33,737 bases of DNA from a virus (Duplodnaviria > Caudoviricetes): the IMG/VR virus record IMGVR_UViG_3300021495_000004, positions 1 through 33,737 of that record, one strand, 5' to 3'. The notes under the pieces were generated by a model that was not told the origin of the DNA, did no database searches, and worked only from the letters and a program-made list of their open reading frames with translations. Positions 17,201 through 26,190 of the stretch are shown in pieces. Each line of letters opens with the position of its first letter. Positions within the stretch are counted from its first letter, which is position 1. The translations under genes and the position numbers were made by a program.

Positions 17201-18267
17201 ATCCAGATTGAGCTTTTCTCTCTCGATAACTCAGGATTCTGAGCCGTTGACCAGTTCGGAGAACTCTCTATGATTGATAAAATCGCACGGCTGGAATCTA
17301 TATCATATAAAGGTTGCTCTATATCTGTGCTGTCAGGGAAAATGTCTTCAAGTAATTTGTCCACACTACTTGCCCAGGGTAGGCTCTCAGCCTGTGAAAA
17401 GTAATCAGTCAGTTTATTATCTTCAAGTGCTTTCAAATAAGTTACGCATTTGACTGCAAGTTTTTTGCCTTCTCGTTGTAACATATCAGGGAGAGTAATC
17501 CCTTTAAAGAGTGTTACTTCCTCAGAATCAATCCCAAGCTGTAAACAAATATCCTGAGGACTGGCATTCAATTGTGATTCAATTGAACCGTCAGGGTCAT
17601 AGAGATATAAAGTTAAGTCCTGAACTTCAAGCTGACCGACTACGCTTTCAAGTTTTTTATCTATTCTAAGATTTTGAACATCAATAAGCCTATCCGAAGA
17701 GTCAATTCTTTCGAGTTTTGCGTTGTCGAAATAGATGGATTGGGAGTTAGAGGCTGTTGAACGAGCGAATTCTATCTTTAAACAAATAGGAGAAGATTGC
17801 ATAACTACAAATATAGTATCGTGCTGTTCCCAGTCAGTATTTCCAAAGGGCTTTGACTTGGGCGTGTCTATCCAGGTTTGATTCTCCCAGTTCCAATATA
17901 GATTATTTGTAGTATCCCATAAAGTTAGCTTATATGCCCCATCCGTAATTTTACCCAAAAAACTAAAACGATATATACCTGTTATTATATTCACCTGTTG
18001 CGACACAGAACACCAACTACCGTCAGCATCCACATCCAACCTCACCGCATAATTACCATCTACCACATCACTTGATTCCCTATTTACCGTTGAACTTCCG
18101 TTTGCCATTTCATTCCAATGCGTCAAATTGTGCTCATCATCCCACTGTTCAAAAGAGCCATCCGTTAAGAGATTACCACTTTCCCCTATATCACCATTGC
18201 CAATTAAGAGCAAGAGTTGAGGAACTTCGCCCTCTTTAAACTTGCGTATGTTAGTAATATTCCTCAT
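14248..18267 (-). CDS. Large tail tip / receptor-binding protein (1339 aa)
   Basis: Follows the TMP. It has two CBM-like domains, a Pro-rich linker and a KIINLADPTSSQDAATKNYVD fibre/stalk motif. Confidence 0.8.
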   Translation of the reverse strand: MRNITNIRKFKEGEVPQLLLLIGNGDIGESGNLLTDGSFEQWDDEHNLTHWNEMANGSSTVNRESSDVVDGNYAVRLDVDADGSWCSVSQQVNIITGIYRFSFLGKITDGAYKLTLWDTTNNLYWNWENQTWIDTPKSKPFGNTDWEQHDTIFVVMQSSPICLKIEFARSTASNSQSIYFDNAKLERIDSSDRLIDVQNLRIDKKLESVVGQLEVQDLTLYLYDPDGSIESQLNASPQDICLQLGIDSEEVTLFKGITLPDMLQREGKKLAVKCVTYLKALEDNKLTDYFSQAESLPWASSVDKLLEDIFPDSTDIEQPLYDIDSSRAILSIIESSPNWSTAQNPELSREKSSIWIYGYDPSGTYYVAFAHKKTVEFYKIETWTAEGDKPCVTFLGVVGISDTPEPERIKLLGYKSGKLYLAYVKADSYSTVEMGYIDTSTYTYTSVGWANENAYVDNTGESIGAKVLLDTITFDTTTEKFIFVTSVYNASNGKTYFKLFTLENPGAMTINQVSSAYVDYSNGVWGSYAWGSRDYGESNFYYVFGTPWWAGRFQFNGTSWTFLELSGFGVDTNTRAFIKSSELYFVGDYGYSYKKLKVSDSTVTDLGVRVTDDDTVLGWSDDSIGDISSYVLILNTQLSNYSGKRLVKVSDTVTHTEIEWIDKENIKIMAFPVAYGTYAYCIGLLQYQTDEYEAVRPFVGFYSTSKRLPWFIIHKDNVNQGTRRLVELAVLYGGYLIEYDSVTSIKARKRIIGDSPVLSLTQDDYARLPEMQYDRLIKGVKIKTYYGEGDYELGDCGSLRYRLNLDNPFAILGQSIFVAQWYIDNYGQPNGIFRLTTPNIVSIEEMDVISFTDHLGREQSGVVIGTQYEYPHKYTIIVHSKTVETEATEPDLPPPEPSPPAWQNVNITTKRLWPDSQNTIRVTVTFDDIGGLPVEQLLVKITRIGKLHDDTVGIDEEDVRYIQVPNPGSGHKKVTFAINVRYDDKIFGAVYGLDRLGRNTTAETFTVSGVTPVYRGVLQTTLTEDGKVKEVVDNAGEEVIKDGLVQRGVTVKSMGETIKNTIGISDIYNPAFDDEDGDGVPDGWNISTSNCSWQLSDDSFMGKNAVRIDVAAGDNGTAHIQNDGFLPANSASFHKYVYFAYKADTSLSAHFDIFVYLRIAEYDKDKNLITTQDIELIHATAQSSYIVKATNVSPTLNSSTRYVKVGLYFDIDNEANSDDLEVNVSYFYITQQYPINALYVNQDFDINDKKIINLADPTSSQDAATKNYVDTTIQNYDPTLKQYDSSNRPTCNASNVGMMILYNYEDDNYYYQDIQVCMGNINMPAYGWITIKTKQTPKV
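17704..18174 (-). repeat. Duplicated CBM-like domain, copy B
   Basis: See copy A at 12437-12901. Confidence 0.9.
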
Positions 18268-20030
18268 AGCTCAGTCTCCATCTGTGCAGGTTTGATTACT
18301 TCTCTGTAAAATTTTTGTCTGCCTGTAGGACTCCACTTTGTGAATACCTCTACATAAGTATCAGGATTCGCATTGTGAACAGTGACAAAAATTTCAGGTT
18401 TCGGAAATTTGCTTTCTGGTATGATGTATTCCTTTTCTCCACCTTCACCCACAAGTGCAAGAGTGGGTCTTGTAACTACGCCACCCTCTTGGAAAGCACC
18501 CATAAGAGGTTTAAAGCCTTGAACTATACCGCCTTTTTTGAATCGCAAGCCGAACAATTGCAATATGCTTGTCCCAGGAATAGGCAAACCAACAGCCGCG
18601 GGTCCGAAAACTTCAGGTAATATAGCTTTTAAAAGTTTCACTTTTACTATTGTCTCAGTAATAAATATCGCCAAGCGTTTTGCCATATTGATAAACGCCT
18701 TTTCCCAATTAACCTCAACGCCTGAAATAGCATTTATTAAGGTATTAGCAAAAGTGGAAGCAAAATCAGAAGCAACATCCTGCACAAAATAAAGTTGCTC
18801 TGTAAATTGATTCCACGCTTCAACAAATGATTGCACCTGTGTAGGCAATTCGGGTTCTATAATAAAATCCATTTTGTTTCTGAGTTCGCTATATTCCCTA
18901 CGCAGTTGAGGGAGAATAGGAAGTAACATTTGAAAACCTGTTAATAGGTAATTAGTCGCATCTGCTGCTTCTCTTATTTTTTGATTAACTTGCTGCTGTG
19001 ATTGCTGGACTTGCTGTAACTGCTTGTCAAGATTCTCAAATTCTTGCCCTATTGCCCTGATGTCTTCTTTCCAAGCTTCCCAAACTGCTTTGACTCCTTT
19101 TAAATCTCTATGGATTAAACGGTCGAAAACAGCTCCCAACATGCCTGCGAATGAACCAAACACCTTAAAGAGGTCCCAAACTCCCGTGCCTAAAACACCA
19201 ACAATTTTCGCAATAGAAGGCAATCCTTGAATCATCTGATTAACAAAATCCGCAGCCGTATTTGATAAATCAGACCACGCACCTTGATTATTTACCAGCT
19301 CATCTTGAATCTCTATGAGAGCATTTTTAAGATTGCCGAGTGTTGTAGTCCAGCCTTCTGACTTAATAATAGCATCTCCAATTCGTTCTTTAAGGTCTCC
19401 AAAGAGGTTTTTAATTTGTTCAAGGCTTCCCGCAAAAGTAGCAGCATAAGCAGCTTCTGCTCCTCCGAATTTCTTTTCTACTTCATCAAGAATTGCCGCA
19501 AATCCTTTCGTCTCAAAAGTAGCTCTGTCAATTCGCACGCCATATCGCTGTAACATCATCAAGTTACCTTCTGCAGCCTTTGCCATATCAAGAGCTGCAG
19601 TCCGCAAATCCTTTCCAACCGCACGAGCATAATCCATCGTGGCTTGAACTGCCTTACCAATTAGTTCAGGAGCAATATTGAATCTCAGGAAAAGTGCCTC
19701 AATTGATTCAATCGTTTCATCACCATATGTGGTTGTCATCTGGAGAGCAGAAGCCAAATCAGTTAATTTTTTATAGGTTTCATCTGAATACGCTCCTACA
19801 TTCTTAAGAGCTTCAGCAAGTGCAAAGTCCGCCTTCTCCTGCTCCATCGCCTCTTCGGTTGCACTCTTGAGCCACTTGATTACTTCGTAAGAACCGAAAG
19901 CTAAGCCGAAAGCACCTGCAAGTTGTTTTGCACTCTTAGCCAATCCGCCGAGTCGATTATCAATGCGTGACAGGTCTTTCGACATTTTGTCTACAAGAGC
20001 AAAGACTACATTTATTCTTTTCTCAGCCAT
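18264..20030 (-). CDS. Tail tape measure protein
   Basis: Ala-rich helical 588 aa protein after the chaperones, with C-terminal GGVVTRPTLALVGEGGEKEYIIP motif. Confidence 0.92.
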   Translation of the reverse strand: MAEKRINVVFALVDKMSKDLSRIDNRLGGLAKSAKQLAGAFGLAFGSYEVIKWLKSATEEAMEQEKADFALAEALKNVGAYSDETYKKLTDLASALQMTTTYGDETIESIEALFLRFNIAPELIGKAVQATMDYARAVGKDLRTAALDMAKAAEGNLMMLQRYGVRIDRATFETKGFAAILDEVEKKFGGAEAAYAATFAGSLEQIKNLFGDLKERIGDAIIKSEGWTTTLGNLKNALIEIQDELVNNQGAWSDLSNTAADFVNQMIQGLPSIAKIVGVLGTGVWDLFKVFGSFAGMLGAVFDRLIHRDLKGVKAVWEAWKEDIRAIGQEFENLDKQLQQVQQSQQQVNQKIREAADATNYLLTGFQMLLPILPQLRREYSELRNKMDFIIEPELPTQVQSFVEAWNQFTEQLYFVQDVASDFASTFANTLINAISGVEVNWEKAFINMAKRLAIFITETIVKVKLLKAILPEVFGPAAVGLPIPGTSILQLFGLRFKKGGIVQGFKPLMGAFQEGGVVTRPTLALVGEGGEKEYIIPESKFPKPEIFVTVHNANPDTYVEVFTKWSPTGRQKFYREVIKPAQMETEL

Positions 20031-20337
20031 TTCGCTTACTCCTTAGTTCTTCTACAATCCTGTCTATTAACATCATTGCCTCAATAATCCACGCTGCCGT
20101 ATCTTCGCCAAGTCTGACATATCCTTTCTTGTGTGCTGCGTAAAGTGCCAGGAGCGATTCGTATTCGCCAACATATTTCGTATCAAACGGGCATCCTTCA
20201 TAGCGTTCTCCGTCTATCTCTACCCATAACGGTTGCGGTATGTCGCCTACTTCTCTGTCGCATATCTTGCATCTATGCTGCGTGAAGACTCCCCAGATGA
20301 AGTATTTGAACCCTTTCCACCAGTCTGTGTAAAAAAA
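20023..20337 (-). CDS. gpT-like -1 frameshift extension of tail assembly chaperone
   Basis: Slippery T-TTT-TTT at 20337-20331. The -1 frame stays open (YTDWWKGFKYFIWG...EELRSKRNG*) until a TGA overlapping the TMP start. Confidence 0.8.
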   Translation of the reverse strand, partial: FFYTDWWKGFKYFIWGVFTQHRCKICDREVGDIPQPLWVEIDGERYEGCPFDTKYVGEYESLLALYAAHKKGYVRLGEDTAAWIIEAMMLIDRIVEELRSKRNG

Positions 20338-20657
20338 TCTATCTTATTTTCCTCCAGTGCATGTCGTGAAATGTCTATGATGTCAGGCATCTGTAATCCC
20401 TGCACTATCCTGTCAAGGCTCTCTACTGACAGTATTTTTATATCCCTGCCTAAGTGCTTGACATATTCATATTGTGCATTGTCAAATTCAACGCAGGATT
20501 CCAGAACAACGCTGACAAATTCCATTAGAGTAACAACATCTTCTACTTCATTCAGTTCTAACTTGCGTAATTCTTGCAGGATAGGAGTGATTCGCTTAAG
20601 AAAATACAGTTTTTCCCAATAATTCAGCGTTCTTATCTTAATATCTTCTTTCTTCAT
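20247..20657 (-). CDS. Tail assembly chaperone (gpG-like)
   Basis: Between the tail tube and TMP genes; TAATG overlap with the tube gene stop. Confidence 0.8.
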   Translation of the reverse strand: MKKEDIKIRTLNYWEKLYFLKRITPILQELRKLELNEVEDVVTLMEFVSVVLESCVEFDNAQYEYVKHLGRDIKILSVESLDRIVQGLQMPDIIDISRHALEENKIDFFTQTGGKGSNTSSGESSRSIDARYATEK

Positions 20658-21583
20658 TATGAACTCCAATTAAACTGTATGCTTATTTCGTCATTGCCTG
20701 AGGATGGTGTGGTCGATAAGCAACGAAATGCTACATTATATCTTTCAACACCATTGTCATCTACTATATCTGTTTCTTGTACTTCGACTCTGGGAGCAGT
20801 AATCACTATCTGATTATCCTGTGTCGCATCACCTACTGTAATACTGAAATCAGCTATCTGAAATCCGGGATAATATGCACTTGAGGACACTAACGGATTA
20901 AATTCACCAGTAATTTCCCGACCCACGATGTAGAATCCTGCTATGCCATATTCGCTCGCAGCATCGCTTAACTCAAAATCAGCATTCTCTATATTTACGC
21001 TGAGCTCAGAGAAGTAAGTATCTTGCAGTCCACTACTCAGAGTAGCATTTGCCAGAATCAAGGGGTCTGTAGATTCGAAGGTAGGTGTGAGAGATGTCAC
21101 GGAGAATTGTTCATTTGAGAACATTCCTATACCAGCAACATCCAACACCAATTCCTTACCTACAGTCCCCAAGATAGAACATTTTGTCACTATCGCATAA
21201 GTCAATTGCACCTCATGACCATCATCAGTCTGTGCAAGAATCGTCAGGGGTGATTGGTCGAGTCCCGGAGTATAAGTCGCAGAAGTAGCAGCAACTGTCT
21301 CATCAAAACCCGCCGCCTTTAGAATCCTGCCTATTCTGGGTGCTGCATTTGTGCCCCTCACCATTGTTTTGAATGCGAAGCTGCCCCACCTTTTGCCTTC
21401 ATAAATAGCACTAATTACATGCAAGTATCGACCACTACCGGGAAGTTGTATTATGCTATGTTGGGGTTTTACTACTATGTCATATGCAAAGATTGCGTCC
21501 GAACCGCTCAAGGTCTCCGGAGTCCCCGGAGTTGTTTCGTTTTTCAGATATAAAGTTCTAATTGTTCTTATAGGCATAGACAT
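20657..21583 (-). CDS. Major tail (tube) protein
   Basis: LKNETTPGT N-terminal motif, GRILKAAGF and DEISIQF C-terminus; RBS AAGGAGGT; canonical position. Confidence 0.8.
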   Translation of the reverse strand: MSMPIRTIRTLYLKNETTPGTPETLSGSDAIFAYDIVVKPQHSIIQLPGSGRYLHVISAIYEGKRWGSFAFKTMVRGTNAAPRIGRILKAAGFDETVAATSATYTPGLDQSPLTILAQTDDGHEVQLTYAIVTKCSILGTVGKELVLDVAGIGMFSNEQFSVTSLTPTFESTDPLILANATLSSGLQDTYFSELSVNIENADFELSDAASEYGIAGFYIVGREITGEFNPLVSSSAYYPGFQIADFSITVGDATQDNQIVITAPRVEVQETDIVDDNGVERYNVAFRCLSTTPSSGNDEISIQFNWSS

Positions 21584-21597
21584 TTTATCTACCTCCT

Positions 21598-22032
21598 TTA
21601 AATTTCCCACTCGTTTGTGAGGTATCGAATAAAGAATTCAACCCTCACAACCGTATAAATTTGTCCTTCTTCTTTTGCCATAATTTCATCCCGTGCGGGA
21701 ATCGTGTTTACAGCAAGTCCTCCCCAAGTTATGTCTTGAGAAAGAGCCTTGTAAATGTCTGACAAATACGAATTGATACCTGCAGGAGTTATATCTCCCG
21801 CTAAAACTAAATTAGCTTGAACAGTAATTTGCCAGAAAAATTTATTTGCCATCCTTTCTATCAATTCATTTGAGACATCTTGAAAAAGCAGACAGGGGAT
21901 TTCGCTTTCACTCAGAGAACCAGTTTCGTAATAACGCACATTATTTCCCAAATTCGTATTGTAACCGTTTGCAGTTGTGATGTTTTTAAACCCTGTCTCA
22001 ACGGCTTCCATTATTTGCTCTCTTTTAGTCAT
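21598..22032 (-). CDS. Tail terminator-like protein
   Basis: REQIMEA..ITTANGYNT and D.TWGGLA motifs; upstream of the tube gene. Confidence 0.7.
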   Translation of the reverse strand: MTKREQIMEAVETGFKNITTANGYNTNLGNNVRYYETGSLSESEIPCLLFQDVSNELIERMANKFFWQITVQANLVLAGDITPAGINSYLSDIYKALSQDITWGGLAVNTIPARDEIMAKEEGQIYTVVRVEFFIRYLTNEWEI

Positions 22033-22328
22033 GATACCTTCCTCAGACTTATTACTAAAATGCCTGCTTCCTCGTGGAATGTTGCAACTTCGTAATTTTC
22101 AGAGTTTATCGTAATCGTGTCTCCCTTCTGTAAATTGGGGAGGTCTGCTTGTTTTGCGTAAAGTGTATAATCAGTTACCTCAATCGGAACATCGAAAACG
22201 AACATAATTTCATAGGGTTCTACAAAAATGCCTGAATAGTTTTCACTGTCATAGGTGAATGTAGTTGCAAACTCGTCAGTATTAAACAGCTTATCTAAAT
22301 CGTTTAGAATATCGTCTTTCAGTGCCAT
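22029..22328 (-). CDS. Head-tail joining (head closure) protein
   Basis: FNTDEFA...GDTITINSENYEV pattern and position. Confidence 0.7.
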   Translation of the reverse strand: MALKDDILNDLDKLFNTDEFATTFTYDSENYSGIFVEPYEIMFVFDVPIEVTDYTLYAKQADLPNLQKGDTITINSENYEVATFHEEAGILVISLRKVS

Positions 22329-22361
22329 AATTATGTGAGGGGGCAGTTAGCCCCCTCCCTC

Positions 22362-22553
22362 CTATTTGCTCTTGTTTTTGTCATCTTTCTTGCTTTCGTC
22401 TTTAGGCTTGGATTCAACTATTGCAGCATGTCCGGTTAAAATCAGTTCTCGTGCAAGAGCTTCTTCTACTGTCACAGTTGCACCGGGGAAGTAATCTTTA
22501 CCTTTGATGATTACGCCCCTGAGGACTTTAATTTTCTGCATCTTAGGCTTCAT
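22362..22553 (-). CDS. Small capsid-adjacent protein
   Basis: KIKVLRGVII.G..YFPG.TV.V...A..LI..G.A pattern; RBS AGGAGGT before ATG 22553. Confidence 0.65.
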   Translation of the reverse strand: MKPKMQKIKVLRGVIIKGKDYFPGATVTVEEALARELILTGHAAIVESKPKDESKKDDKNKSK

Positions 22554-22594
22554 ACCCTTACCTCCTATTAAAAGTTTAACAGGCATTCTGTTTT

Positions 22595-22624
22595 AAAGTG
22601 GGCAGGGGAACATCCCCCACCCAC
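22595..22624 (-). terminator. Hairpin / partial terminator after capsid gene
   Basis: GTGGGTGGGGG-loop-CCCCTGCCCAC followed by TTT. Confidence 0.55.
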
Positions 22625-22645
22625 TCAGTCACCATTTTATGAATT

Positions 22646-24787
22646 TTATGAAGTTGCAGCATCTTTAATAACTGCGAAAGCAGCAGGATACCTCACGCCT
22701 ATATCCACATCCTGGAAGAGGGTCACGGTGATGATTCCGCTCTTGCTGTTGGTGTATGGGTCAACAACAATATCAAGCACGCCCCAATGAGCTATCAGAA
22801 GTTCATCCCATTTCCCGAAAAGAATTGCGGAAAGATTGCTTCCAGTTCCTTTCGTAAGATTGGAAGGCACACAGTTAGTCACAAGGGCATTGTAACCGTT
22901 CAATCTATTGTCTTCGCCCCAAATAAACAATGGATAACCGGAGACTTTTGGAGTAACCTTCAGATAGCCCCTGACTTTCGCATTCGTTACATAGGCAAGA
23001 GTTCCTATATCTGCGTTATCCACAGCCACCTCTGTTTCGAGCTGGACTATATGACTCCAAGTAGGATTACCTCCATTTGTGCCAATAGAAACGACATTTA
23101 CACCTGAAGTATTGAGCAATCCAGTAGGCTCACCACTTGAACCAGAGCCGTTTATAGCTGCAGTCTCTACACCGATTGCAATATTGGATATGAGGTCATC
23201 CTTTATCAGCTGTTCAACATCCATTGAGGTCTGATTGAGCAAGTTTCTTGTGTAATCCATAGTCCCCGCTATAGTCTTGGGGGACAGGGTTATCTTGCCA
23301 ATCGTGAGGTCGGTTTCAGTGGGAGCGTTGCCCTCAGTTACCCAATAGACAGTTCCAGTTGCGGTCTTTTTAGGTATATCCACATTCCCTATAAGATTCC
23401 TGAGGATTCTTGCACCTGCTTTGGAAAGCACTAACTTGTTTTTGAGCATATCTATGAAGTCAGAAGTGAGTAGTTTTGTCTCAACAGCACCCGCAGCGGT
23501 TGTGGTTGTTACATCACGGGTCAGAACTTGCACGGGAACATAAAAGCCCCTTGCAGGCTTACCGAACTTCTTTTCGAGCTCCTCGTGTATTTCTCTCTCG
23601 AAGCCGTCCACCAGTTTCCCGTTGTTTCTTACGGCTTGCTGTATCGCTCTGAGCAGGGAGTATTCTTTTATCTCTCTTTCATTCATATCAACCTTAAGGG
23701 GCAATGCTATAGGTTCAGCTTTGATTTTCTCCAGCACATACGCTCTGAACTCTTCGAGAGATTTGCCTTCGTCTATGAATTTCTCGGCATCTTCGAGCAT
23801 GTTAAACTCTCTGCCGAGCCTGTATATCTCCTTTATCTCTTTTCTAATATCCTCTGATTTGTTTTTGAGGTCTTTGTCTTCCATTTTTCTTTCCTCCTCC
23901 TTTTCTGTTTTTTGTTCTATAACTGATATATCAACATCCTCATTCTTTTTACGCCCCACACCAACGCTGATGTCAGCGGGGACTGCAACAAATGAGATTT
24001 CAAGCGGTGTCCATCTATCGATAAGGTAAACAGGGACACCGTCTCTCTCTTCGAGAAGCTTTGCTGAATGTATCTGGTATCCCACAGATACATTCTTGCG
24101 GATGCCATCCCTGACATCCTGCAAAACTTCCCGCGCGAGAGAATTCTTAGAAAAACGCACTCTGGCTCTCCCTTTTCCTTCAGAGAGCCACGCATTCTCC
24201 ACAACTCCAATTAACCTGTTCGGGTCGTGCTCCAGCAATAAGGGAGCACTATTTTTCAGATAGCTCCAGTCTATTGCCTCTTCATTATGCGAAAGCACCT
24301 CTATACCAAAAAACCGCTTGACTTCCTGCTCTGAACTGAAAGATAACTCCAGCACATCTTCTCTGTTCTCGATTTCCCTGACTTCTGCAATCTGAAAGTT
24401 TCTGTATTGCATATCCTTCACAACTGGAAGACTTTTCTCCTCTTTCTTGCCTAATTTTTCGTCTATTTTCTGTAGCAGTTTATCCGCAGCTTTAACTATA
24501 TCACCGTGACCTTGCTGAGCTGCCCTTGTCTTTGCAGCGATCACACCTCTGCGATAGATTTTTCCGTTTTTGCCGAACGGATATTTCCAATGCTGCTTGG
24601 TTTCCTCGTTCTCCACATCAGGGTCGTAGCCTAAAAACCACTTTTTGTATTCTTTCCAGCCACCTTTTTCTAATAGTTTGTTCCCGTCATCAGCCGTGAA
24701 GCTCCAGTCACTCTCTGCATCTATCTTACCCTGTGAGATTAATTTCAGGGCATGCTTATATCCTGTCGTATTAAGTTTTACAGCCAT
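22646..24787 (-). CDS. Major capsid protein (HK97 fold) fused to prohead protease and an extra N-terminal domain
   Basis: Protease motifs LLLEHD, VSVGY and EISFVAVPAD; capsid motifs WVTEG, AINGSG..GEPTGLLN and DIGVRYPAAF. Start moved to ATG 24787 (RBS GGAGGTG). Confidence 0.92.
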   Translation of the reverse strand: MAVKLNTTGYKHALKLISQGKIDAESDWSFTADDGNKLLEKGGWKEYKKWFLGYDPDVENEETKQHWKYPFGKNGKIYRRGVIAAKTRAAQQGHGDIVKAADKLLQKIDEKLGKKEEKSLPVVKDMQYRNFQIAEVREIENREDVLELSFSSEQEVKRFFGIEVLSHNEEAIDWSYLKNSAPLLLEHDPNRLIGVVENAWLSEGKGRARVRFSKNSLAREVLQDVRDGIRKNVSVGYQIHSAKLLEERDGVPVYLIDRWTPLEISFVAVPADISVGVGRKKNEDVDISVIEQKTEKEEERKMEDKDLKNKSEDIRKEIKEIYRLGREFNMLEDAEKFIDEGKSLEEFRAYVLEKIKAEPIALPLKVDMNEREIKEYSLLRAIQQAVRNNGKLVDGFEREIHEELEKKFGKPARGFYVPVQVLTRDVTTTTAAGAVETKLLTSDFIDMLKNKLVLSKAGARILRNLIGNVDIPKKTATGTVYWVTEGNAPTETDLTIGKITLSPKTIAGTMDYTRNLLNQTSMDVEQLIKDDLISNIAIGVETAAINGSGSSGEPTGLLNTSGVNVVSIGTNGGNPTWSHIVQLETEVAVDNADIGTLAYVTNAKVRGYLKVTPKVSGYPLFIWGEDNRLNGYNALVTNCVPSNLTKGTGSNLSAILFGKWDELLIAHWGVLDIVVDPYTNSKSGIITVTLFQDVDIGVRYPAAFAVIKDAATS

Positions 24788-24803
24788 ATCTGCACCACCT
24801 CCT

Positions 24804-26189
24804 TCATTTTGTTTCTGTCGAGAAGTAAAGCCCCTTCTCAGCAAGGAGCTTTTTCTCGTTTTCTATTTCTTCAAGCAATTCCTCTAAGTCTCGCCCTCTG
24901 TTAGCAGCAAGCTCGGTTCTGGATATAAGACCAGCACTTAGAGCCAAGATGTTTGCATTCACATCTTTCAAAGGGTCAACCCAATCCCATCTACGAGGAT
25001 GCCAACTGGGGGCATTGAATTTGTCAAACTTGCCCGCAGGTAGATTAATCAAGCCGAAATTAAGACAGTGCTTTAACCACCTTTCGAATACAGGTTGACA
25101 AAAAGTATTTATCATCCACGCCTGTATGGATTTCCAAGTCTCTCTTTCTTCGAGTGAGCCTGCTCGTATGCTTGAATAATTCACGCTTTCAAGGTCTCCA
25201 CTCAGGGAATGATAACTCACATTCATGCCTGCTGCGATTGTTCTCAGCTTTGCTTTGATAAATTCGGCAAAAGTAGTAGGGGGATGTTTAGGGTCAAACA
25301 TTTCGAGCTTTACGCCTGCAGGTAGCTCCTCGAAAATCCCGGGTTCTACTTCTCTCACTAACGCCTGTTTTTCCTCTGTTTCAGTGAATTCGTCTCCTGA
25401 CTCGGTAACATAAAATCCCATTTTTGAAGCGGCAATGCGTGCAGCAATCAATTCCGCTTCTTCGTATGCGTCGAGATGTTTTAAATCCAAGATTGCCGTA
25501 GTAAACCAGGGATAACCCCTTACCTGTCCAGGGCGTTCTGGTATAAAAGCAAGAAAAGCCTCATCTGCAGAAATCCTTTTGCGTCCGCTCTGTTTATCCT
25601 CTTTAATCCAATACGCAACTGGCTTATTCCACTTGTTTACTTCCACCCCCATTATAACTTTATTGCCATTGTCGAATTGCTGATTGTAATTGACATCTAT
25701 GATGTCTGCTTCCAAAACTTGTATAGCGAATTTGAAAGAGTTTGAATAACCGGGTATAAATCTGACAAACACCTCTCCGTCCCTTGCCACTGTTTCTATA
25801 AAAATCCTCTGTAAATCTACCCAACTGTATAATCCTGTTACATCACACTCACCACGCCTTGTCCATTTACGCCATGCCCTTTCAATTAAATCGTTCGCAA
25901 CCTTGTCAGGTTTGCCGTTCTGGTCTATTACTTTCATCTGTAACAGAATACCTTGATGTCCCACTACATTTGTGGATACCAGCTTGATGTATTTTTTGAC
26001 ATAATCGTTGTTCTGAAATAAGTCCCTTGCCCGTGCCTTTAATCTCGGTAACCCTGCTTTTAAGTCTTCATTGATACTCCTCAGCTCCTGTAGCCACATG
26101 TAAACAAAACGATTTATGTCTGCAGCATCAAATCCTCTTTTCTTTTTCCTTTCTCTTTTTTTGCGTTTAAAAATGTCAAACAAGCCCAT
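24804..26189 (-). CDS. Portal protein, lambda family
   Basis: RARDLFQNN, RPGQVRGYPW, VNYSSIRAG and WVDPLKD motifs. Confidence 0.95.
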   Translation of the reverse strand: MGLFDIFKRKKRERKKKRGFDAADINRFVYMWLQELRSINEDLKAGLPRLKARARDLFQNNDYVKKYIKLVSTNVVGHQGILLQMKVIDQNGKPDKVANDLIERAWRKWTRRGECDVTGLYSWVDLQRIFIETVARDGEVFVRFIPGYSNSFKFAIQVLEADIIDVNYNQQFDNGNKVIMGVEVNKWNKPVAYWIKEDKQSGRKRISADEAFLAFIPERPGQVRGYPWFTTAILDLKHLDAYEEAELIAARIAASKMGFYVTESGDEFTETEEKQALVREVEPGIFEELPAGVKLEMFDPKHPPTTFAEFIKAKLRTIAAGMNVSYHSLSGDLESVNYSSIRAGSLEERETWKSIQAWMINTFCQPVFERWLKHCLNFGLINLPAGKFDKFNAPSWHPRRWDWVDPLKDVNANILALSAGLISRTELAANRGRDLEELLEEIENEKKLLAEKGLYFSTETK

Positions 26190-26190
26190 T

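Noticed and set aside
12437-18174. Diversity-generating retroelement TR/VR pair
   Set aside because: No reverse transcriptase is present. Both copies are coding, and mismatches in the aligned part are mostly third-position and not adenine-specific.
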